A stretch of 60,497 nt of DNA, filler included, from Asterionella formosa (lineage: Eukaryota): the NCBI GenBank assembly GCA_002256025.1. It is 4 parts of 4 records of this genome, joined end to end, with 100 filler letters (N's around TTAATTAATTAA, not from the genome) between each part and the next. Parts side by side here need not be neighbours in the genome. Positions count along the whole stretch, not along the records: positions 1 to 15,065 come from NKIB01005617.1; positions 15,166 to 30,222 come from NKIB01005621.1; 2 more parts are not named here. One strand, given 5' to 3'. Every line of letters begins with the position of its first letter. The stretch's first letter is position 1. The translations under genes were made by a program, and so were the position numbers. A model generated the notes under the pieces. It did not search any database. It saw only the letters and a program-made list of their open reading frames with translations, and was not told the origin of the DNA. Positions 10,510 through 23,265 of the stretch are shown here, piece by piece.

Positions 10510-13359
10510 CGTCTGCAAATAAAAACAATCATATTCCTATGATGCATCATGGGATTATGATCATCTGATCATTTTTTTTATAAATGCCCTTGCAATTTAA
10601 ATAGTATCGCAACCCTTTTGACTATGTCGGCATCATCAATCTATATACAAGCCTGCGCCACCTGACGTCAATATAGCTACCTCGACTCCATCAATGAAGA
10701 AAGTATGATGGGCAGAGCATGTGAGAAAAATGGGGGTTGAGGTATTCTTGATGCCAACCTGCTTGGCTGAACTTGCAAGTGAAGGCATTGAGTAAACTGG
10801 GCCTGTGCGGCGAAAGGATAAAGAGAAATCTATGACAAGGGTGGTGAGATAGTGTTTAGGAGCAAGAGTTATCATAGCTGAATGAATTCGAAAATTCGAA
10901 TAGACAATATATTGTGGCATACCATGGCTGCTCTTGGCTGACAGTTGCCAAGAAGTCAATGTACAAACACAACAAGGGTGCACAAAAGACGGTCCCATTT
11001 TTATCGACTGGCTGATACATAGTTTGAGACTCACCATTCTGCAATGGGATGGACTTTGATCATTGCTTCGTTCGAAGCACAATCAGTTCGAATGCTGTCC
11101 AGTGAAGCAATGAAAACAATTGTGGCGAAAAAGCGCAGAACAGCTCAAGAGATCTCAAAGGAATTAATATAACAGGGCATATATGATGCACTGCTCCTTG
11201 CTTGTGTAGACTACTATATTTGATCATTTCCATATTTCATATACAGTTGCATGGATGACTCCTCCCTTTCATTAGATATGCAGCCATGTTGCGATCATTC
11301 TACAAGACCTGTAGGATTGGTAGTCTGGTGGTCATCATTTCCGCATTGCATATACCAGTAGGTGTCATGTATGCATGCATGCAATCACTTCCATACTGTA
11401 TACAGGGGGGGGGGTTGCATGAGCAACTACTCCGGTATAAACTTTGATCTTTAATCAATAAATTTTGATTCGTTCATCCTATACCTTTGATCATATGATA
11501 TCACCATTGATGAGAAAATGAAAAATCAAAATTTATTTCCAGGAATCAGGATTAATTGATCTTTAAAATATGATCAAATGATCCTAAACACATGAGGATA
11601 TTCAATTTTCCGCTGCACTATTGCGGTACTCCCATGATAAAAGTAATACCCAGCAAGTATACAGCCAGTACTACCGGTAAGCCATATGAATTTCTCAAAT
11701 TTTTCTGTTCAATATGGCTGTCTATATTCATAAACGTATGATTTAGACCATCTGAAAAATTGGTGATGTCTCCCATTTATTAAGGGGCTTAATTAAATCA
11801 GCCACTGACTTGTAGGTACAAGAATTGACACAAAACAAATTGAAAAAACTCAACAGGTCGTGGAAGACTATGAACTCATCATGCATTGTATATATTTGAA
11901 TTATGTATTATCAAAATTGATAAAAGTATACACAGGATTTGCCATAAAATGAGCGTGTTTAAAACTATGCAAATGTTCAACTATATATACATTTCAACTT
12001 ACAAATCTTTACATATGGCTGAAACATTTGAAATCATGTTTTCATGTTCCTTGTCATGCATACACTTTGCTCTTGAGCAAAATGAAGGATCATCACACAT
12101 GATGACGCGGAAAACGAAAGTGATAATACAACACAATGATACTTGCGGCTTAGAAGGAATGACAACAGAGAGGAAGGGCGGAATCAATTGATGGTAAGTC
12201 AAGAGCAAAGGCCTTTCATGTTCCTTATCATGCATACACTTCCTGAAATGAAGGATCTCAAGCAACACACCATGATACGAAAAACTGAAGTGACAATACA
12301 ACACGAAGATACACCATGCGGCTAAGAAGGAGTGAATATGATAAAGAAGGGCGGAATCAACAAGCTGTGCATGGTACCACGTCAAAGAGAGCATTGTTGG
12401 GATTACAAATACAGAATGACTCGTCTCCTTTCAGTGATTCAATAGCTCCTTTTGGATTTGGTGGCCACCAGCCATCAATGTGGACAAAAGATATCGGTAA
12501 GTGCTATCATCTTTGGATCAATTCACAACTGTTAGAAAACTGACACATGTGTGTTGCTTCTTTCAGGATAATGGTAGACAAATAGTATTTGTAAGTTACA
12601 AACAACAGCAGCATTGGAGCCCATTTATTGATCGATACTTTCTTATTCAATATTCAAATGACACATTCTTTTACAGAAATATGCATCAGTTACTTCCTCA
12701 ACTTGTGGTAAGTGAAGATAGAAGCGAAATGCATGTTGTTGCGTAAGCAAGACATGAACAGCTAACAATGAATTGCTTCTCTTTGTTAGTATGATTGGGA
12801 CAACAAAACGGATTAAATAGGAGTGGGAAAATGCGTGAATGCAAACTCAGATCCATCAGGAGTAAAAGGAATGCAGGGGAACAAGGGCAAGGCAACCAGT
12901 ACTACTACAACAACATTCAGAATTGGATTGGGGGGAAGGTGGAAGTGAAAGCGGCACCAATCATTGCGATGAGAGCATTGTAGAACATTCTGTAGCCACT
13001 CAAGATATAGAAAGAAAAATAGAACCATTCTTAAATATAGTTCTAAATTTCGATCCATTTCATCCTATTTTAGACAGTGATTTCGATGAGAATTACGATC
13101 ATGTTAAGATAGATGTATGACAAAAGTATACACATCATAGGACCATGTTTAACTAATTATATGATGCAATGGTATTATAACTACTATGATAGTATCATCA
13201 TACTTCAAGCTAGGTAAAAGTTTACTGCATGATCATAATTATATGATACATTGATCATAGTTTTCATTGAAAAACTATCATATATGTAAAAATCCTGTGC
13301 CACATAGCGTACGATAGTACCCTTGATCCTATATGCATGATAGTTTTAATTTGCAGACA
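10510..13359 (+). mobile_element. Non-autonomous TIR DNA transposon, copy A with both ends, about 2.85 kb
   Basis: Left end CGTCTGCAAATAAAAACAATCAT; right end reverse complement TGTCTGCAAATTAAAACTATCAT; AT on both flanks; TGATCA-rich subterminal regions; homologous copies elsewhere in the window. No intact transposase. Confidence 0.8.
12040..12360. repeat. Diverged tandem duplication (period about 173 bp) inside copy A
   Basis: TTTCATGTTCCTT(G/A)TCATGCATACACTT...GAAGGGCGGAATCAA occurs at about 12040-12187 and 12213-12360. Confidence 0.85.
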
Positions 13360-13526
13360 ATGCAATATATCATACACCTTTTGATGGATTCATGTACAGG
13401 GTACCCGAGGTAGCCCACATAGGCACTAGAATGTAATTATTTAGCTTAGATTATGCTTTTTCTCTATTTAAAACACTACAGTGTAGCCATTCTGAGCGGC
13501 TGGAGAGCGAATATTGCATAATGTTG

Positions 13527-13960
13527 TCTCAGCCTTGACCATGACAAAGATAACAAATAACTTGATAAAAAATCAGAACGACGCTTTGCTATTTGGTATG
13601 CACAATCACGACATCATCGAAAATAAAATCATACAAGAATTATTCTAATTACACTGATATTGACAACGAAAAATGAGGTCGCTGACAGCACATTTTTCAT
13701 GTAAATCAGTGATGCGCAATTTTCAAAATGACATGTTACTAGGAGCTTTGACACTTTTACAGTAGTTACACAACAAAAAAGACTACGACTACGTCGAAAA
13801 CATGAATAATTGGAGCAACAGGTGTTCAACAAGTTATTTATCTACTGAGAATTGATTGATTACGAATTGGCAAGTTGCATAGTGGTGAAATCTGACAAAT
13901 GTGAAGTATGCTGTCAAAACTACTAGTAATACCCTATAGTTAATGTTTGGCATCCCCTTA
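13527..13960. repeat. Dispersed repeat, copy 1 (paralog at 28225-28665)
   Basis: Shared start TCTCAGCCTTGACCATGACA and collinear blocks such as GTCGCTGA..CACATTTT, TTTGACACTTT.ACAGTA, ACTGAGAATTGATTGATT, TGACAAATGTGAAG. Confidence 0.75.
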
Positions 13961-15065
13961 ATGTAGCATACATGTGAGTGCTTACAGGACTGCAGAAAAC
14001 CATTATGAAATATTGCTATACATTGCAATCCACTGTTATTACCAACACACTGTTGACATACTGGTAGACCAAGCGATGCTGATAAATCTCTTTCCTTCTG
14101 TAGCGACACATACAGCCATGTACATATGAATTAAGGACTGAGCATGCTTGTCTACAAATTTTAAGCAAAAAATTGCTGAAAGTTGAGTCCATCATTTGCT
14201 TAAAACTAAATAGTCTTTCAGTACTTTAACCAAAAATAAAACGATTTGAAAAGCAAAATGGCTGTTGATCCAGACTACAGTAGTAGTAAGACACCAAAAA
14301 GACGCTAGTAGTTGTTCTTTCACAGGAATGGGAGGTTGGGATTGGAGGGCAAAAGCCAGCAAGGCTATTTACAAGGGTTGAAAGGAGTAGAGTGAAATTC
14401 ATTTACTGCTGGTGCAGAATTCTGTGGGAGGCAGTGGCAATGCTATTTCGTGCTGGCTATACTCCTGCAAATACGCACAGCAATAAACCGAATTTATGAG
14501 CCATATGGCCAAGACAAAATAGTGACATACATACTCATGCATCTGATACAAAACTGTTGCACTGGTGGGCATTCACTACTGTTTGTTTAGACAATTTCAT
14601 TTAAATTTTAAAATTTGCAATCTCTTTAGTATTTACATTGCTTGTTTACTACCTCAATTATTATTAACTATTTTATCTACCTAGTAGTTCCATGGTTTGC
14701 ATGTTAACTTGCATATTACTAGAAAGCTGGGGAGGTACAAGAAGGGATTTCATTCCATGACAAAAGTATTAGAGGTGATGGCATTACCCACTCTATATGG
14801 TACCAGGTACCAGTACCGTAAAACCTGGTGCCTCGTATCCCCCCAGATACCTGTACCCCCCTTCGTACATCTGGCACAACACCCCCAAATATTTTATGTC
14901 TACAGAAAAAATAACAGCATATTATTGTATTCTAGCACTTTATTAATGAATTTACTATAATTGTATTCTTACCGGTCACCATCATGAAACAACAATCAAC
15001 AACAACACGAGCGATGCCAATGACATTTGCGATGGCGATATCCTTGTCCTGAGATCTATTTCAAA

Positions 15066-15165
15066 NNNNNNNNNNNNNNNNNNNNNNNNNNNNNNNNNNN
15101 NNNNNNNNNTTAATTAATTAANNNNNNNNNNNNNNNNNNNNNNNNNNNNNNNNNNNNNNNNNNNN
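15066..15165. other. Artificial scaffold linker
   Basis: 44 N + TTAATTAATTAA (stops in all six frames) + 44 N. Confidence 0.97.
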
Positions 15166-18100
15166 TGCTAAGTGGCACAGGATTTTCACATATATGATAG
15201 TTTTTCGATCAAAAATATGATCAATGTATCATATAATTATGATCATGCAGTAAACTTTTACCGAGCTTGAAGTATGATGAGACTATCATAGTAGTTATAA
15301 TACCATTGCATCATATAATTAGTTAAACATGGTCATATGATGTGTATACTTTTGTCATACATCTATCTTAGCATGATCATAATTCTCATCGATATCACTG
15401 TCTAAAATAGGATGAAATTGATCGAAATTTAGAACTATATTTAGCTAAGAATGGTTCTATGATTCTATCATATCTTAAGTGGCTACAGAATGTTCTACAA
15501 TGCTCTCATCACAATGATTGTTGGCGCCGCTTTCACTTCCACCTCCCCCTCCCCCAATCCAATTCTGAAGGTTGTTGTACTGGTTGCCTTGCCGTTGTTC
15601 CCCTGCTTGCTTTGTTCCATTTACTCCTGACGGATCTGAGTTTGCATTCACGCATTTTCCTATTACTATTGAATCCGTTTCGTTGTTCCAATCAGCCATA
15701 CAAACAAAGAGAAGCAATTCATTGTTAGCTGTTCATGTTTTGCTAACACAACAACATTCATTTCGCTTCTATCTTCACTTACCACAAATTGAGGAAGTAA
15801 CTGATGCATATTTCTGTAGAAGAATGTGTCAGTCGAAGATTGAATGAGAAGCAAAGTATCGATCAATAAATGGGCTCCAACACTGCTGTTTGTAACTTAC
15901 AATTACTGTTTGTCTACCATTATCCTGAAAGAAGCAACACATAGCTATGTGTCAGTTTTTCTAACAGTTGTAGATTGATCCAAAGATGGCTGATAGGCAG
16001 CACTTACCGATTTCTTTTGTCCACAGCCATTGATGGTTGGCCAGTCACCAAATCGAAAAGGAGCTATTGAATCACTGAAATCAAGGGGACGAGTCATTCC
16101 GTAATTGTAATCTCAACAATTGATCATCCTGGCATATGCTCTTGACATGCTGTGATACTATACACAGCTTGTTGAATCCGCCCTTCTGAATATGCTCATG
16201 TGTTTAGGATCATTTGATCATATTTTTAAGATCAATTGATCCTGATTCTTGAAAACAAATGTTGATCGTTCATTTTCTCATCAACAAGACCGTTCATCAT
16301 ATGATCAAAGTTATAGGATAAACGAATCTAAATTCATTGATTTTTGATCATAGTTTATACCGGAGTAGTTGATCATGCATGCAACCCCTTCCCCACCCCC
16401 CCTGTATACAGTACGGAAGTGATATACCCCAAGCTACCAAATTTTTATGTCTTGTAAGAATTATCGCAGCATGCATGCTGCATACATGGTGACTCCTACT
16501 GGTATATACAATGCGGAAATGATGACCACCAGATTACCAATCCTATAGGTCCTGTAGAATTATCGCAATATGGCTGCACATCTAATGAAAGGGCGGGAGG
16601 AGTCATCCATGCACCTGTATAGTATGAAATATGGAAATAATCAAATATAGCTAGTCTACACAAGGAGCAGTGCATCATATATGCCCTGTTATTTTAATTC
16701 CTATGAAATCTTGCTCTTGATCTGATCTGCGCTATTTCGTCACAATTGTTTTCATTGGCTGTTTCACTGGACAGCCAGCATTCGAATTGATTGTGCTTTG
16801 AATGAAGCAATGATCAAAGTCCACCCCATTGGAGAATGGTGAGTCTCACAACTAATTATCAGCCAATCATGCATGGACTGTCTTTTGTGCACCCTCGCTT
16901 GTTGTGTTTGTACTTGACTTGGCAGCTGTCAGCCAAGAGCAGCCATGGTATGCCACCATTTATGATTGTCTATACAAGTTTCGAATGCGTTCAGCTATGA
17001 TATCTTTTGCTCCCCCCTCCTCCTAAACACTATCTCACCACCCTTGTCATAGATTTTTCTTTATCCTTTGGCTTCACAGGCCCAGGTTACTCAATGCCTT
17101 CATCTGCAAGGAGTTCAGCCAAGCAGGTCAACGTTGGCGTCAAGAAAACCTCAACCCCGATTTTCCTCACATGCTCCACCCATTGACTTGCTTCTTCATT
17201 GATGAAGTCGAGGTAGCTATATTGCTTGACAACATCAGGTCGTGGCGCATGCTTGTGTATAGATTGATGATGCTGAAAGCATTGCTTCCATTTCCCGTAG
17301 GTACCTACTATTTGTCAACATTGTTTGGGTCAATCTATTCTTGTTCCCGCAAGACCAGCAGAAGCAATTATCCCTTTACTTCTCCTCCCAAGAACCTTCA
17401 TTTCTCTTTCACAATTGTCCTGATGTTTGCAGGGCACCATTTTTAGTTCCCTTTTGATTTTCCCACTGGTTTCGATCCCTTTTGCATTCAAGTCAAGAAA
17501 CAAGCAACTCATTGAGATTTCTGGAGGTCTCGGTCAGTGGCACCATAAAGCAACAATCAACAGATCATGGCGGCTGTTCTACATTTTCTGTAGCAAGTGG
17601 CATTCAAGTAGGGACTAGGATCATTGGGAAGAAAAATTAGTAGGATTCTCTGTGTTTGCCCCCGCCCGTTTGGCAGCCATTCTACCATTGCTTCCTCTCA
17701 ATCAATACTAGTATAGCTAATGAAATCCGTAATTACTAGATGAAATGTGACTTCCGGCTTCTAATATTTTGCATTGTTGCACTACTGAAACTTGAATGCA
17801 TAAATGGGCATTCTACTTGTGCTTCTTGCATTTTTGCAGTATAGACTGGCTGGTGGGCGATAGGCCAAGCAAAGTGTCTCGCTTTTCATGAACATCTACA
17901 AGGTACTAGTGCTTTTGTCGAGGTTTGTGTCTAAATCCAACTGCTGCCATCCATTGAAATATTCCAGATACATCAAAGAATACGCTCCTGTCTTCAAAGG
18001 TAAGGAACTAGTACGATGACAAAGAAAATCTAGTGAGACATGAAAATTACGAAACAAGAATAACTCTGTTACTATAAATAGACAGCACAGGCAGTCTAAT

Positions 18101-18724
18101 GCTTCTTTGTGCATATCGCCTGCTATGCTGCGTTTCAATTGTAGATGTATTACGTTCTTGTTAGAGAGACAATGTTACGGAGAAGTAGATTGTGCTGTTC
18201 TATAATGGATGTTGTTTACTAGCTATGATTGAGGTTGTAACACTGACCGATGCTCTGGTGACAGACCGGAAATATTCATCTTGTGTGATGAGCCATTTCG
18301 TTTTCATTGGATTTCTTTTCAAGCTCTTAACGGATTGCATAGTAGGAACATACTGTGCAATGTAGATGATGATTCATTGAAGACATATGATGACTTGAAC
18401 AACAAATGAAGATTTTATCACAAACACTCGTTCCTCTTGACATGGCTGCTTTGTCGTTGTTGCAAGAATCAGAGCGAGGACTGGAGAGGATGATGAGCCA
18501 AACCACATTACTTTCACTGGTACATTATCCTACCAAGAAATTTAAATAAAAGAACCTAAAAGAAACAATTCATATAATAATTAAATTTCCATAGTCAAAA
18601 GGGTTACTATTTAAAGTACGAGGGCATTTATCACAATTATTAGATGATATAACGAAAAATTATGATCAGATGATCATAATCCTATGATGCATCATGGAAA
18701 TATGATGGTTTTTATTTGCAGACG
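15166..18724 (-). mobile_element. CGTCTGCAAA-TIR family, copy B (reverse orientation; far end cut by the segment boundary)
   Basis: Terminus ...ATGATGGTTTTTATTTGCAGACG at 18724; 15166-17275 is reverse-complement similar to copy A; 17962-18724 is reverse-complement similar to 41472-42205. Confidence 0.85.
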
Positions 18725-19191
18725 TACCTTGACTTACTCTGCATGCACTCCAGCCAATAGATTCCATTGGATGCACTCTAACCTTGTTCTGTCTACTACA
18801 TTTCATCCTAGCAATCGACTTCCAGGAGTTCCTCAATGAACTCACCTACTTGTCATTCCCTTGTGGCCCATATGAGCCCTCGTGCGACTCCAAGTATTCC
18901 ATTAGATTCGAGTTTCAATAAAAGCGTATTTTAAGATTAATTTGCCTACTAATATGTTTTGTTTATTATCAGAGACAGCGTGCCCACTGTTACCGGTACT
19001 CTATCATATGCATGCGTATAATATGTCGTAGACGAATTTTGGGGTGGATTATGGCTGATGATGGATTCAAAAATGCCAAAGGATGCTCCTTTTCAGGAAA
19101 GTCCAGCGTATCAGCCATGATACCGGCTGTCCAAAATTTCCTCTTGATTGCTTGATATGATGCGTTGATTTTCTGCCCAAACGCTCCATCC

Positions 19192-21840
19192 ATGACGTTT
19201 CGTCTCTCCAAAGTATCTCCTCGCCGCAGGAAAGAGGCAGATCACGCCAGGAGAATTACAATAGTCAAGAATGAACAATTGTTCGAAGAAGTGAAAGGCC
19301 TCCTTCCATTGCCAAAGCTCCACCGCCGCACTCGAAAGCCAGTGCCTATTCCGTCGTTTTCTCCCATTGAAATGGCAGGTGATAAAAATGTGGATCTGTC
19401 GATTTTTGATACTCCACCTGATAAGAATGAACGTTTTCGGAATGTTGATCGTTCGCCGAGAGTTCCATATTCGAAATCTGCCAACCCCAATAGATGGAAT
19501 ACAGGGCAAACTAACACGGATGCGGAATCCAAAGTCGCAAATTGCCAAAGAAACAGCGATGATAAATCATCAACAATATTAAATGGTTCTAATGATGCTT
19601 TAGAGACATCCTCAGCTACTCCCTCCCCTGATCCAGCTCCGCCCTTAAACTCAAATCCATCAATTGTCAAAGCTTGCAATTCAAAACCAAAATTTCAACC
19701 AAACCAATCAGCATTGAAACGATCTGTGGATTTGATATACACAAAAGTTGACATTTCATTAGTCACACTCAAAGACATTAGAGAAGCGATTGAAGCCGAA
19801 TATGAGGTTAAGCTTAGCAAAGCCAACAGAAACCTAGTCAAGGACCGACTATCAGGTATTATCAACGGTAAGGTAAAGCCCGGGGTGAGCAGTCAAGTTG
19901 GAGGAAAGATTGTTTCGTCTGATTCAACGATTTCTTTTCCGAATACCAATACTGCAATTGATGTGCATTCGACCAATGTTGAGGCGGCGAATGCAACCTT
20001 GACCGTAGCGAAATCAGGACTGAACACAGCGTCGGCCATTTCTCGATCTGACGAACCAAAGAAATATCCCCCAAAATCCACAAGGGATCAAAACATAGAG
20101 AAACTTTGTTCGGAACAAAGAGAAGACTATACCCCGGGGCAATCCCTTCGTACTATCCCAACAGTAACAACCGAAACGTGCAAACAGGCTGCTCTAAATG
20201 CGATGGCCTCGCCATTTGATCCATCTGTGCTAGAAATGGACACGAAAGCTGAGTCAATCTCAATTGACTCCCAGGTATGCCTTCTTGAAGGGGGAGATGA
20301 CGATGAATTCGAAATTCCTGGTCCAGCGCTGTCCAAGCCTCCCGTAAAGCCAGCGCCATCTCGAAATAGGATTCACAACCGTATGAATAATACCAATTCT
20401 CCAAATTTGAATATCACCACAACTGCCACACCTCAGCGAGCCGCCCGAAAGAGAACAAGACAGGTATCTTGTGTACTTTGTGCGTCTTGCCCTTGTCAAC
20501 ATATGAAAATGGAGACGATGGATTTCGCCTCGCCCAGCGTCGGTCTAGCTCGAAATGACAGGGAGATTGAGAAGCTTATGATTCGCAGAGTAAAGAAATT
20601 GGAGAAGACGTGCGATAAATACGAAGGCGACCTTGACCAACTGAACCGAGAATTGAAACGCCATAGAAAGCTCATGACGAAAAAACAGGAAATGTTGGTG
20701 AATCAAAGGAAACAGCAAAAGATTGGGGGTTCTCATTTTCTTCCAGATGCCAACGTGTGGGATCAGCACCTAGATGATATCAAACAAACTCGTGTCAATC
20801 GTGAAGTTGCCCTGCAAGCCAAGGCAAACATGTTTTCCATTCATCCCAATTTTCAGCCGACCTTGACGCAAATGATTGGTGTGAGGAGCAAGAAATCCGA
20901 ATGCGACGATAACGGGAACAAAGGGGGAAGAAATGCAATTGAAGATGCCGATGTACAGTCATCTGACGAAGGCGATGATGCCGGTGTTGAAGGCGAATCC
21001 GTTGTAGAATACGACCATGCAATTGAGCAACACAATATGGCTGACCATGTTCATCGACTGAAATGGAATGAACCAACGGCGCCATCCATGACTCAAAGCC
21101 CGTTGCTGTCGCGTACCGGCAGAGGAGTGTGGGATGCTCTAAAACCATCGACGCCCACGAGTCCTTGCAAATCAAAACCTGAGAAATATGTATGCGCCTG
21201 GGATAGAATCTTTGTGGAAGAGGATCTATCCGAAGAAGGAGTCGAGGAGCTCCTACATTTATTTGAGAAAGGATTGTTTGAGTCGCCTCGAGCACGCCGG
21301 CAGGAGTTTCCGCTCTCGTTGGTCGAATCACAGGTTGTCGACCTTGCGATGCTGTCGCAGTCGTCGCAACTATTAGCGAAATCTATTGAGTCCAAGGTGA
21401 TAGGTAACACTGACATGCATGATGCAGTGGAGCGCGGGTGCCCGAATTGGCGAGAGAATGTGCGATACTCTTTCTATAAACAAAACAATGTTGACATAAA
21501 TTTGGCACTTAAAAACGTTCGTCGATCAAGGGAACGAATGGAATCGATGAAAGAAAAGATACTGGCTGCTTGGGACCGACAGCAAGCAGTTCTTAACCTG
21601 TACGATGTCTCTCTTACTGAATCGCTAAAGCGACTAGAAGAAAAGGAGAATTTGTCCCCTCTAATGAGTCAAGGCTTCTTTCCGATCGATACGTGCAGTA
21701 GCGATGGACCAAAAGGCTTGTCATCCTATGCTCGGGATTGCAACGACGATGTCAATCGTGGCTTGCCACTATCGCCAATACTTGAAGATTGTCAAGAGAC
21801 CAGTTCTCAACCTACAAATGGATGCGAAACCCCAATTTAA
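19192..21840 (+). CDS. DEK C-terminal-like domain protein with a Cys cluster and coiled coils
   Basis: 882-aa ORF from ATG 19192. LKRSVDLIYTKVDISLVTLKDIREAIEAEYEVKLSKANRNLVKDRL resembles DEK_C; CVLCASCPCQH motif; heptad-like segments. Confidence 0.75.
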   Translation: MTFRLSKVSPRRRKEADHARRITIVKNEQLFEEVKGLLPLPKLHRRTRKPVPIPSFSPIEMAGDKNVDLSIFDTPPDKNERFRNVDRSPRVPYSKSANPNRWNTGQTNTDAESKVANCQRNSDDKSSTILNGSNDALETSSATPSPDPAPPLNSNPSIVKACNSKPKFQPNQSALKRSVDLIYTKVDISLVTLKDIREAIEAEYEVKLSKANRNLVKDRLSGIINGKVKPGVSSQVGGKIVSSDSTISFPNTNTAIDVHSTNVEAANATLTVAKSGLNTASAISRSDEPKKYPPKSTRDQNIEKLCSEQREDYTPGQSLRTIPTVTTETCKQAALNAMASPFDPSVLEMDTKAESISIDSQVCLLEGGDDDEFEIPGPALSKPPVKPAPSRNRIHNRMNNTNSPNLNITTTATPQRAARKRTRQVSCVLCASCPCQHMKMETMDFASPSVGLARNDREIEKLMIRRVKKLEKTCDKYEGDLDQLNRELKRHRKLMTKKQEMLVNQRKQQKIGGSHFLPDANVWDQHLDDIKQTRVNREVALQAKANMFSIHPNFQPTLTQMIGVRSKKSECDDNGNKGGRNAIEDADVQSSDEGDDAGVEGESVVEYDHAIEQHNMADHVHRLKWNEPTAPSMTQSPLLSRTGRGVWDALKPSTPTSPCKSKPEKYVCAWDRIFVEEDLSEEGVEELLHLFEKGLFESPRARRQEFPLSLVESQVVDLAMLSQSSQLLAKSIESKVIGNTDMHDAVERGCPNWRENVRYSFYKQNNVDINLALKNVRRSRERMESMKEKILAAWDRQQAVLNLYDVSLTESLKRLEEKENLSPLMSQGFFPIDTCSSDGPKGLSSYARDCNDDVNRGLPLSPILEDCQETSSQPTNGCETPI

Positions 21841-22061
21841 ACGAGGAGAATGAATGTAATTACCGGTACTGCATGTATGAAATATTCCAGTAGTTCTACA
21901 TCGAATGTTTCGAAGTTGTGAGATAGGCAATGGTTCCCATATTATATAACGTATATATACCTGTAGCTATCATGTTAGCTTCGTTCAGCCAATCAAATCA
22001 TCGTTGAACTGGTATCTAAGGGAACACATATGACCTGTGCTCTGTCACGAGATGTAGAATC

Positions 22062-23123
22062 ATGTTTCCTGTGATAAAAGATCTGACCATGATGATGATT
22101 ATGGTGACAAGGAATCATCTTCGAAGCCTCGTCCTTCTGGTGATCGCCCTTGCCACATCTGTGCACTCACTCTCATCTTTGAACAAGCCAAAGCCCCAAG
22201 GATGCGCCGCAACTCCGCTCAATAAGAGGAAAATTGCAGTATTTGGTGCCGGTGGGTATCTCGGTGGACTCACCTTTGGCTTCTTGCAACGAGCCAGCTC
22301 CTTGTATGGTACTGGTATGGGTGGCGTCAGCTCTCCCAGAAACGTGTGTGCGACAGCAATCAATTCCATGGCTTTAAATAAGATATTGTCAAAAAATTTC
22401 GTGCTGGCCTATGCTGGAGAAGACCAAATGAAGTTGACCAACATGATTGATGTTGACATGATTGCATCGAGACTGCAAGGGTTTGGAGCGGCAGTGATTG
22501 GCACTGCCTACCATTTGGAAAGGAGACCAGTGACCTCATGTACTTACGATCAAGGACCAAATAGCAAGACCTGGGAGTTTTATTTGGAAGGACCAAGGCG
22601 GTCAGGCGAGGAATCGCAAGCGGACGACCAAGAATTACATCTTCAAATATTTGAAAACACGTTGCGAGCGGCAAAGCAAGCCAATTTAGAACACATTTTT
22701 GTGGTGGAATCACCTCGTACCAAACATCCCGAAGATTTCGGTTCTCTTTTGAATCAGTGTGGAGTTCCATTTACCTATCTTCGGATCGATGGTGAATTGG
22801 ACAATTTCCCAGACCATACCCATTTAAAGGGTGTCCAGGGAGACCTTTCTATTGGTGGCCGGGTAATGGACACTAGTACTAACTGGATGGCAGATCTGGC
22901 ACCACCACTTAGGGAAGGGGTGGCACCGTTGTACAGAGAGGATTTGGCGGCCTGCATCGTCCAATCATTACAGTCACTGAACTGGGGAGTATCGCGGTGT
23001 CTGCGAGTGGCTAGTTTAGGAGATTGGGAAGATGCCAGAAAGGGTCAAATTACAGGGAGGCACGACCAAGAGTGGTGCGGGAATTCAGATGTATTAGCAC
23101 AAAAGTTATTAGGTGTGGCCTAG
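22062..23123 (+). CDS. NAD(P)-binding Rossmann-fold protein with signal peptide, possibly plastid-targeted
   Basis: KIAVFGAGGYLGG (GxxGxxG) motif; hydrophobic N-terminus ending VHS-L. Exact start ATG uncertain. Confidence 0.8.
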   Translation: MFPVIKDLTMMMIMVTRNHLRSLVLLVIALATSVHSLSSLNKPKPQGCAATPLNKRKIAVFGAGGYLGGLTFGFLQRASSLYGTGMGGVSSPRNVCATAINSMALNKILSKNFVLAYAGEDQMKLTNMIDVDMIASRLQGFGAAVIGTAYHLERRPVTSCTYDQGPNSKTWEFYLEGPRRSGEESQADDQELHLQIFENTLRAAKQANLEHIFVVESPRTKHPEDFGSLLNQCGVPFTYLRIDGELDNFPDHTHLKGVQGDLSIGGRVMDTSTNWMADLAPPLREGVAPLYREDLAACIVQSLQSLNWGVSRCLRVASLGDWEDARKGQITGRHDQEWCGNSDVLAQKLLGVA

Positions 23124-23265
23124 AGGATTTGAAACGTCAAAAGAGATTGTTCAACGAATGGTACATTGACACGACAAGTGAAACTATCCAACAAATTAGA
23201 AGAAACAGTTTCTGACCCATGATTTATTTTCTATTTTTATGCATCAACACAACAAGTTTCTTCCA

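Noticed and set aside
10636..11082. Short ORFs inside TIR-family copies as functional genes
   Set aside because: Frames and stops differ between homologous copies A, B and C.
15110..15121. TTAATTAATTAA as a biological repeat or piggyBac TTAA site
   Set aside because: Centred in identical N padding three times; it is a synthetic six-frame stop linker.
10510..18724. Copies A and B as one giant inverted repeat or palindrome
   Set aside because: They lie on different segments separated by an artificial linker, so their relative orientation is arbitrary.
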